Source of the DNA: an uncultured Bacteroidales bacterium
GTDB taxonomy: Bacteria > Bacteroidota > Bacteroidia > Bacteroidales > Bacteroidaceae
NCBI GenBank assembly: GCA_902774005.1
Contig: CACYGK010000013.1
Span: 8,696-72,695, forward strand
DNA length: 64,000 nt
Direction: 5' to 3'
Shown here: piece after piece, positions 57,762-64,000 of the stretch
Position numbering within the stretch: the first letter of the stretch is position 1
How the letters are laid out: every line of letters starts with the position of its first letter
The notes under the pieces: generated by a model
Seen by the model: the letters and a program-made list of their open reading frames with translations, nothing else
The model's database searches: none
Told to the model about the DNA's origin: nothing
Program-made: the position numbers and the translations under genes

Positions 57762-59593
57762 GGACCTTTCACCCACTTCAGAAATCGCTCCACATCCTCA
57801 TCGTATGAATAAGGTTCGGCAAGCAATTTGCCGTCACTGTCAATCAGCACATAGAATGGTTGCGAATTAGCTCCGTATCTAGTGGCTTGCAGATGGCTCC
57901 ACTTATCACCCAGCGTCCTCAGTTTCCTCACCTTTCCGTTCTCTTCCACTTCCTCAGTCTCCGCAAGCGGTGTCCTGTCATCAACAAACAACTGCACAAA
58001 CACATACTTGTTATATATAATGTCAGCCACCGTCGAATCGGTAAACACAGCAGCTTCCATCTTTCTGCAATTCACACACCCGTAACCGGAGAAGTCCACC
58101 ATCAGTGCGAAAGCCAGCGCCTCATCGTAGTCGGTAAAAATCTTTTCCTTCTCCTCTGCCGACTTCTCCATAGGTGGAGCAAACGCACTTACCATAGTAC
58201 ACGGAGCGCCCCACAAACCTGGTACCATATATGCAGCCAGCGAGAGGGAAGCAGCAGCTACTATAGTGTGCATTATATAGAATAGCGGACTACCCTTCCT
58301 GTTCTTCACCATCTGCACCACAAGGTAAATACCCAGGGCTGCAAAAAGTAGAATCCAAAGTACGAAGAACAGTCTTCTGCTCAGCAGTCCCCAACCGTAT
58401 GCAAGGTCTGCCACACTGAAGAACTTCAGTGAAAAAGCAATCTCCACTACTCCCAACACCTTCTTCACAGTCTCCATCCAACTTCCGCTCTTAGGCATCT
58501 GTTTCAGCCATCCGGGGAACATAGCGAATACAGAGAAAGGCAACGCCAGACCAATCGAAAAGCCCAGCATACCTACAGCAGGAGCAAACACACTACCACC
58601 GTCAGTAGCCAGTTCTACAAGCAGAAAACCGATGATAGGTCCGGTACACGAGAAACTCACCAGAGCCAGTGTGAAAGCCATCAGGAAGATAGCAACGAAA
58701 CCCGTCGTCTTGCTTGCCTTGTCATCCACCGACGTAGTCCAACTTGCCGGCAGGGTAATCTCAAACAGTCCAACAAGACTCATTCCGAAGACCATCAGCA
58801 TCGCAAAGAAGAATACATTGAACACGGCATTCGTTGCCAGACTGTTCAGCGCATTAGCTCCGAACAGACCCGTCACAATAAGTCCCAGTCCGACATATAT
58901 GATGATAATCGACAGACCATATATCAGCGCATCCCTCACACCGCCTCCACGTTTGATGAAGAACGATACAGTCATTGGGATGATAGGCCACACACATGGA
59001 GTAGTCAGGGCAATCAGTCCACCAAGCAGTCCGAACAGGAACAGCAAGAATAACCCATTGTGCTCGTCGGTTCCCCCGGCAAGACTGTGCTCGTCGGTTC
59101 CCCTGGCAAAACTGTGCTCGTCGGTTCCCCCGACGAGACTTTCCTCAGCCTCCCCATACGAAAACTCCGATTTCATCGGTGGCATACAGCTCTGGTTATT
59201 ACAAGCCGAATACTCCAGATAGCCCTCGATGCAGTAATTCTCATCTGTCAACTTTACCTCCTGTCGGAACTCAACACCCTTCTCGAAGTACTCCACATCC
59301 ATCTCAAACACCTCGTCAAACTTCCTGACAGGTTCACCGATATACTTCAGCGCTCCTACCAGTTCAGCACCTTGCAGGCGTTCGATACTGACAGCCGTAG
59401 CCGTCGGACCGTTCTCAAGTTTCTCAGTTCCATACACGTGCCATCCCTCATCAATTTTCATGAGGAACACCAGTTCAACCTTGTCCTCAGCTACTTTTTC
59501 CAGTGAGGATTCGACCTTAACCGGCTCCATCATCTGTGCATACGTAGCACAGAAAGCCAGCATCGACAATATAAAAACACTTACTCTTTTCAC
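57749..59593 (-). CDS. dsbD: Thiol:disulfide interchange protein DsbD-like (N-terminal domain, CcdA-type TM core, thioredoxin domain)
   Basis: TM cysteines TTPCVWPIIP and SFSCTGPIIG; C-terminal thioredoxin GYGCVNCRKME; N-terminal YSACNNQSC. Confidence 0.88.
   Translation of the reverse strand: MKRVSVFILSMLAFCATYAQMMEPVKVESSLEKVAEDKVELVFLMKIDEGWHVYGTEKLENGPTATAVSIERLQGAELVGALKYIGEPVRKFDEVFEMDVEYFEKGVEFRQEVKLTDENYCIEGYLEYSACNNQSCMPPMKSEFSYGEAEESLVGGTDEHSFARGTDEHSLAGGTDEHNGLFLLFLFGLLGGLIALTTPCVWPIIPMTVSFFIKRGGGVRDALIYGLSIIIIYVGLGLIVTGLFGANALNSLATNAVFNVFFFAMLMVFGMSLVGLFEITLPASWTTSVDDKASKTTGFVAIFLMAFTLALVSFSCTGPIIGFLLVELATDGGSVFAPAVGMLGFSIGLALPFSVFAMFPGWLKQMPKSGSWMETVKKVLGVVEIAFSLKFFSVADLAYGWGLLSRRLFFVLWILLFAALGIYLVVQMVKNRKGSPLFYIMHTIVAAASLSLAAYMVPGLWGAPCTMVSAFAPPMEKSAEEKEKIFTDYDEALAFALMVDFSGYGCVNCRKMEAAVFTDSTVADIIYNKYVFVQLFVDDRTPLAETEEVEENGKVRKLRTLGDKWSHLQATRYGANSQPFYVLIDSDGKLLAEPYSYDEDVERFLKWVKGPLNF
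59059..59139 (-). repeat. Three in-frame 27-nt tandem repeats in the DsbD linker (GTDEHS[LF]A[GR] x3)
   Basis: TGTGCTCGTCGGTTCCCC(C/T)G(G/A)C(A/G)A(G/A)AC appears three times: 59059-59085, 59086-59112 and 59113-59139. Confidence 0.92.
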
Positions 59594-59662
59594 TCCAGTG
59601 GAATTTTACTTTGTTGAATCACCTCGCGACTCGGCAAAATCGATGCAAGCATCGCTTTACTC

Positions 59663-60193
59663 TCACTGCTCGAGCGGAATCTCCGGATGCTGTACAGCCA
59701 GCTGCTCACCCTCCTTTGAGAGGTAGAACATATAGAGAATAACATCCTTGTCACCGAGGTTCTCACCGTGATGGATAGTATTTACCATCTCTACTACAGG
59801 TTCACCTTCGTGTACCACCTTCTTCTGTCCGTCCAGACCGATGATAGTCAGTTCGCCCTGTACCAGAATACCGTAGTTCATTACCGGATGGTGATGCCAA
59901 CCCAGTTTCTTTCCTGCCGGGAACACATACTTCACAGCCACCAGTTCGGGACGTCCCTGGAAATAGTCAGGCAGTTCCACACCGTCCCAACTCTGACTTG
60001 TGCGGATGAGTTCTTCGCTCTGCACTTCCTTAGCTGCAGCGCACTCTTCCTTTTGCAAACTGTCTTCGCATTGCTCCTGCTGTGCGCATGCCGAACCCTT
60101 CGGACAATTACAACAACAAGAAGTCAACACACCTGTGCCGCTGATTACAAGGGTAGCGGCAAGCATCCAATTCATAATTCTTTTCATAATCAT
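59663..60193 (-). CDS. Cupin-domain lipoprotein with Cys-rich N-terminal region
   Basis: Lipobox LTSC followed by CCNCPKGSACAQQEQCEDSLQKEEC; cupin motif GWHHHPVMNYGILVQGE. Confidence 0.6.
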   Translation of the reverse strand: MIMKRIMNWMLAATLVISGTGVLTSCCCNCPKGSACAQQEQCEDSLQKEECAAAKEVQSEELIRTSQSWDGVELPDYFQGRPELVAVKYVFPAGKKLGWHHHPVMNYGILVQGELTIIGLDGQKKVVHEGEPVVEMVNTIHHGENLGDKDVILYMFYLSKEGEQLAVQHPEIPLEQ

Positions 60194-60224
60194 TTGGTAT
60201 TTAAAATATGTTTAATGCATTTCC

Positions 60225-60282
60225 GTGCGAAGGTAGCACATATTCTCCAAAGAGCAACAAAACAGTGTTCCATTTTTTGATG
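60225..60282 (-). promoter_or_regulatory. Conserved 58-nt promoter block upstream of the cupin gene (copy A)
   Basis: About 47 of 58 positions are identical to 62288-62345 by manual alignment. It includes the -7 box TACCTTCG (60228-60235) and the shared core TATTCTCCAAAGARCAACAAAAC. Confidence 0.75.
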
Positions 60283-60327
60283 TAACCGTCAAGGCATCAA
60301 TTTCGATTCCGCCCATGATGAACATAT

Positions 60328-62244
60328 CTATTCCTTCATCTTCTTTGCCACCCACAGCACCCACTCGTCGATATTGTCTGTAAGTTGCTTGGGGTAGTCA
60401 AGCGGAATGATGACATCGGGTTTGTAACCAGGATTCCTCAGGCGGCATTGTTTCTCGAAGGTATCATCGACCGTTGTGGGATAGCGCATTGTGATGTTAC
60501 TGTGGGGCAGACGAACCTCGTGGCAGTTGCCAGTCTGCTCGCATCCCAGCGTGTTGTCGCGGCCATATACTTTCGCATGGGTCTTCGAGTGGTTGTGTAC
60601 GAAGCGAACGGGAGTCTCAGCGGCGCTGGCACTATAGGCATCGATGATGATGGCTCCATTACGCACCATCGGCTTCATCTCGCCACCCTTGCGGAAGCTG
60701 ATCCAAATGATGAGACTACCATCCTCAGCTACTTTTGACTCCTCCAAAACGCAGTCGAAGAAATTGCCTGGCGCTGACTCGCAGGCCATAGCCAACCGCT
60801 TATCGTTCTCAGCACTCACACGATAGAAATAATCCTCGTCAATCATCGAGCCACTGTCGCACATGAATTTGGTAAAAATCAGGCTGATATCGTCGCTGCC
60901 GCCACCGTTGCCGCGAAGGTCGAGGATGAGGTATTTACAGCCCGACTGAAGGAACTCCGCGGCTTTCTTCTCAACCCACTCCTCTGTAGGCACATCGCCA
61001 CTACTCGAAGGCAGGCGCAAAAGATAGGTCTCTTTATCCACCAAGCAGGCCACTGGCTCTGGCGCATAGTTACCTATAAGTTTACGATAGTCGGGGTGAC
61101 ACTCCTGTTGGAGTGCCCAGAAGGCGTAAGCCGAGCAGTTGGTGTGGCGGTCGAAGTTCTTATAGAACCAGAAGGTGTAGTGGGCAACGGCCTCGTCAGC
61201 AGACTTCTTGCCGCTCATAAGCTCTTCCAAGTATGTATCTCTCATCGCCTTGTATTCAGCCTCGAAGCCGCACTTCATCAGCACAGGGAAAATGGCGTTG
61301 TTCTTCTCGTTCACATCGACGGCATAGTTGTAGGTCTCGTAGGCCTTGCGGATGGAATCGGGCTGAACGCCATATCGTTTCTCGAACTCATCGTTCATGT
61401 AGCGCGAGAGGTTCTTCGTCATCGGAGCCTGACTGCCGCCAAACACCTGTTGGAAGTTCTCGGGCAAACCGCAACGGTCCCAAACAGAGACAACCGGACG
61501 GCCATCGTCGTCAAACATGGTCATCGAAATGGTCTCATAGTCAATCCAATTGATGAGATAGGTGCTCTCCTTCGTATCAACCGCATTGTTGCTCAGATAC
61601 TTACAGGGAGCATAGTGACACGATATGTTGGCATTAGGAAACTTCTCATTGGCAGTAAAGGATACCGTTCCGTTGTTGCCAAAGATGATGTACTGGTTTT
61701 TCTCAGAACGGTTGATCCAGTATTGGGTAGTGGCGATATTATCCTTCTGCCAACCGCGCAACTTCCATGCTCCTTGCAAACGATTCTCCTTCTTCAGGTT
61801 CTTCATTGTCAGCACGTTGAGTGCTCGCTGAATCCTGTCGGTAGAGTCCTTCACCAACTCATAGACCTCGTCGATATTGGTGTTGCTGGGGAAGAGATGC
61901 TCGTTGAAGGCGCCGCGGTCGTTGAACCAACGCAGGGTGAAGGTGCTGTCGGAGGTGCTGATAATCTGTATGCCCTTATTCTCCGTCTTCGAGAGCTCGC
62001 CCGTAAGATGTAGCGGCTTGCCGTCAGGATTGGAAATGCTGAAGTCGAAGGGAGTGTTTATGAATGGAGACGGGCCGTAACTGAACATGAGCGTAACATC
62101 ATCCAAACAATATTTATATTGTCTGTATGGAGCCTCCAGATGCTTTCCGTCCTGATGGATTATCTCCGTCAGTTTGTACAACCCTTTGGGATTGGATGGT
62201 TGGGCGGCCATACCCGTCGTTAAGATTGTAGCCACCATCATCAT
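60328..62244 (-). CDS. S41-family (tail-specific-like) peptidase with N-terminal beta-rich domain
   Basis: YLILDLRGNGGGSDD motif. Start at MMMVATILTTGMAAQ; the tracked ORF's upstream extension covers the promoter. Confidence 0.65.
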   Translation of the reverse strand: MMMVATILTTGMAAQPSNPKGLYKLTEIIHQDGKHLEAPYRQYKYCLDDVTLMFSYGPSPFINTPFDFSISNPDGKPLHLTGELSKTENKGIQIISTSDSTFTLRWFNDRGAFNEHLFPSNTNIDEVYELVKDSTDRIQRALNVLTMKNLKKENRLQGAWKLRGWQKDNIATTQYWINRSEKNQYIIFGNNGTVSFTANEKFPNANISCHYAPCKYLSNNAVDTKESTYLINWIDYETISMTMFDDDGRPVVSVWDRCGLPENFQQVFGGSQAPMTKNLSRYMNDEFEKRYGVQPDSIRKAYETYNYAVDVNEKNNAIFPVLMKCGFEAEYKAMRDTYLEELMSGKKSADEAVAHYTFWFYKNFDRHTNCSAYAFWALQQECHPDYRKLIGNYAPEPVACLVDKETYLLRLPSSSGDVPTEEWVEKKAAEFLQSGCKYLILDLRGNGGGSDDISLIFTKFMCDSGSMIDEDYFYRVSAENDKRLAMACESAPGNFFDCVLEESKVAEDGSLIIWISFRKGGEMKPMVRNGAIIIDAYSASAAETPVRFVHNHSKTHAKVYGRDNTLGCEQTGNCHEVRLPHSNITMRYPTTVDDTFEKQCRLRNPGYKPDVIIPLDYPKQLTDNIDEWVLWVAKKMKE

Positions 62245-62287
62245 TAATATCGTTACTTTCAAATTTATTCCATGATTAAAATTCGAC

Positions 62288-62345
62288 CTGCAAAGGTAGC
62301 AACTATTCTCCAAAGAACAACAAAACGGGGTGGCATTTTTTGAGA
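62288..62345 (-). promoter_or_regulatory. Conserved 58-nt promoter block upstream of the S41 gene (copy B)
   Basis: See 60225-60282. The -7 box TACCTTTG is at 62291-62298. Confidence 0.75.
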
Positions 62346-62435
62346 ACAGCATTGCAACATGTTTTTTGATTACGCAAAATCAGAGCATATTATGAAAATA
62401 TGAAAAGTTTTTGAAGCTTATATAAAAAAAGTGCA

Positions 62436-62443
62436 TATCTTTG
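62436..62443 (+). promoter_or_regulatory. -7 box (TATCTTTG) for the riboswitch-btuB transcript
   Basis: GCATATCTTTGCGCC. Confidence 0.55.
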
Positions 62444-62451
62444 CGCCCGAT

Positions 62452-62622
62452 TTGGTTTCGGCACATCGGAAGATGCCTGCGAACTAAGAGGGAACGCAGT
62501 GAGAATCTGCGACATTACCTGATGCTGTATGTCCTTATTTAAGGTCGATGCAAGGCAAAGCCACTGGGCACTGGAGCCTGGGAAGGCGCATCGGAGAGGA
62601 CGAGTCAGAAGACCTGCCAGAT
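62452..62622 (+). promoter_or_regulatory. Cobalamin (B12) riboswitch
   Basis: Core elements AAGAGGGAACGCAGTGAGAATCTGCG, GCCACTGGG and GGGAAGGC, plus the B12-box-like GAGTCAGAAGACCTGCCAG. It sits directly 5' of a TonB-dependent receptor gene. Confidence 0.85.
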
Positions 62623-62653
62623 GAAACAAAGAAGTCGCCTCAGGATTAAGGGG

Positions 62654-64000
62654 ATGGAATTAAGACGTACATACATATCCGTTATGCTCTGTGGGTCGCT
62701 GACTACAGCTGCACAGAGTCAGGAAGTCGCCGACAGCATCGTGTTGGAGGATATTGCCGTGTGGGGCAGTAGCAACCGGCACGAGATAGTACCGAGTCAG
62801 CAGCTTTCAGGCAAGCAACTGGAGACTCTGAGCAATCTGTCGGTAGCCGATGCCGTGCGCTATTTCTCGGGTGTGCAGATGAAGGATTATGGTGGTGTCG
62901 GCGGACTGAAGACCGTGGATGTGCGCAGTATGGGTACAAACCATCTGGGTGTGTTCTACGACGGTGTGCAGTTGGATAATGCACAGAACGGACAGGTGGA
63001 CTTGGGAAAATTCTCGATGGACGATGTGGAGAGCATATCGCTGTATAACGGACAAAAGAGCGACATCCTGCAGTCGGCAAAGGATTTTGCCGCATCGGGA
63101 AGTATCTATATCCGTACCCGTCGTCCGAGGTTTACGGGCGGCAAGCGCACCAACATACTGGGCAGTCTGAAAGTGGGTTCGTTCGGTGTGGTGTCACCCT
63201 ACGTACGCTGGGAACAGAAATGGTCCGACCGCATTTCAAGCGCCCTGAGTGCGGAATACCTGAATGCAAACGGCAGGTATAAGTTCCGCTACCGCAAGGT
63301 ACTGAAAAACGGCGAAACGGCTTGGGACACTACGGCAGTACGTGAGAACGGCGACGTGAAGTCGTTCCGTGCCGAAGGTGGACTGTTCGGCAGACTGGAC
63401 GAAGGACACTGGAACGCCAAACTGTATTACTACGACTCGAACAAGGGTATTCCGGGTGCTATCGTGAACAACGTGTGGAAGAACAGTCAGAGGCAGTGGG
63501 ACCGCAATTTCTTCGTTCAGGGCAACCTGAAGAAGGTGTGGGGCAGGTACGAACTGATGGTAAACGGAAAGTATGCCATCGATTATCTGCACTATCTCAA
63601 TCCGGACACTACAAGTCTTTACATAGATAACGAGTTCACACAGAATGAGGCTTACCTGTCGGTGGCTAACCACTATGCCGTTACGGACAACTGGGATGTA
63701 GCCGTGAGTGCTGATTATCAGTATAATACCCTGTCGGCAGACCTTACCGACTTTGTCTATCCGAAACGTCACACTCTGATGTACGTGGCTGCAACCACCT
63801 GTGAATTCTGGCGAATCCGTGTGATGGGCAGTCTGCTGGGTACTTACGTAAGTGAGAGAGGCAAAGACCTGAACGAGTTCTCCCCTGCCCTGTTCCTTTC
63901 GTTCTATCCGCTGAAATGCAAGGATTTCTGTGTGAGGGCTTTCTACAAGAAGGCATTCCGCATGCCTACGTTCAACGACCTGTACTATACCGACATAGGC
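62654..64000 (+). CDS. btuB: TonB-dependent outer-membrane receptor, BtuB-like (N-terminal 449 codons; continues past window end)
   Basis: Frame is open from the ATG at 62654 to the window end. Signal peptide MELRRTYISVMLCGSLTTAAQS and plug-domain motifs (VADAVRYFSGVQMKDYGGVGGLKTVDVRSMG, ESISLYNG). Absent from the ORF track because it is truncated by the window edge. Confidence 0.85.
   Translation, partial: MELRRTYISVMLCGSLTTAAQSQEVADSIVLEDIAVWGSSNRHEIVPSQQLSGKQLETLSNLSVADAVRYFSGVQMKDYGGVGGLKTVDVRSMGTNHLGVFYDGVQLDNAQNGQVDLGKFSMDDVESISLYNGQKSDILQSAKDFAASGSIYIRTRRPRFTGGKRTNILGSLKVGSFGVVSPYVRWEQKWSDRISSALSAEYLNANGRYKFRYRKVLKNGETAWDTTAVRENGDVKSFRAEGGLFGRLDEGHWNAKLYYYDSNKGIPGAIVNNVWKNSQRQWDRNFFVQGNLKKVWGRYELMVNGKYAIDYLHYLNPDTTSLYIDNEFTQNEAYLSVANHYAVTDNWDVAVSADYQYNTLSADLTDFVYPKRHTLMYVAATTCEFWRIRVMGSLLGTYVSERGKDLNEFSPALFLSFYPLKCKDFCVRAFYKKAFRMPTFNDLYYTDIG

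Noticed and set aside
54303-62352. Genomic island integrated at tRNA-Ser
   Set aside because: tRNA 3'-end duplications usually flag islands. Here all three copies lie within 160 nt, no further copy was seen downstream in the window, and no integrase, excisionase or mobility gene is present.
62390-63095. Minus-strand ORFs 62390-62629, 62703-63095 and 62807-63055
   Set aside because: They overlap the cobalamin riboswitch and the well-supported btuB-like frame on the opposite strand.

Overview
The window looks like chromosomal DNA from a Bacteroidota genome, probably Prevotellaceae-like. This is an inference from three things: TAnnTTTG -7 promoter boxes in front of most genes, three proteins ending in type IX secretion (T9SS) C-terminal sorting domains, and Bacteroidales-type gene order. 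Most of it is core housekeeping. On the minus strand the window opens with tRNA-Thr x2, tuf, tRNA-Trp, secE, nusG, rplK, rplA, rplJ, rplL and rpoB; rpoB runs off the window start, so it is absent from the ORF track. Then come rpsU, a xerC-like recombinase, hpf, groES/groEL, a tightly coupled dxs-trkA-trkH-pyrH-PAP2 operon, hflX, lpxH, radC, proC, ddl, rluD, efp and rpmH (51 aa, below the ORF-track cutoff). Accessory content is as follows. (1) A PL11-like rhamnogalacturonan lyase sits next to a membrane-tethered AraC sensor. (2) A 1543-aa paralogous PL11-like/beta-strand-repeat T9SS cargo protein. (3) A porin, imelysin, di-haem DUF1111 and CcsBA operon is preceded by three phased palindromes. 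(4) tRNA-Ser(CGA) is followed by two 72-nt tandem units that each recreate the tRNA 3' end, then an S8 protease. (5) A minus-strand redox-flavoured run: S41 peptidase, Cys-rich cupin, DsbD, DUF3467, C_GCAxxG_C_C. (6) A cobalamin riboswitch precedes a partial btuB-like receptor at the window end. No CRISPR array, transposase, phage module or recognisable defence system was seen. The most unusual signals are non-coding: the tRNA-linked repeats, the phased palindromes, a family of 7-nt-period tracts at gene ends and inside ccsBA, and a shared promoter block. There is also an rluD homologue with an in-frame loss of its catalytic motif. All calls rest on manual reading; no searches were run.
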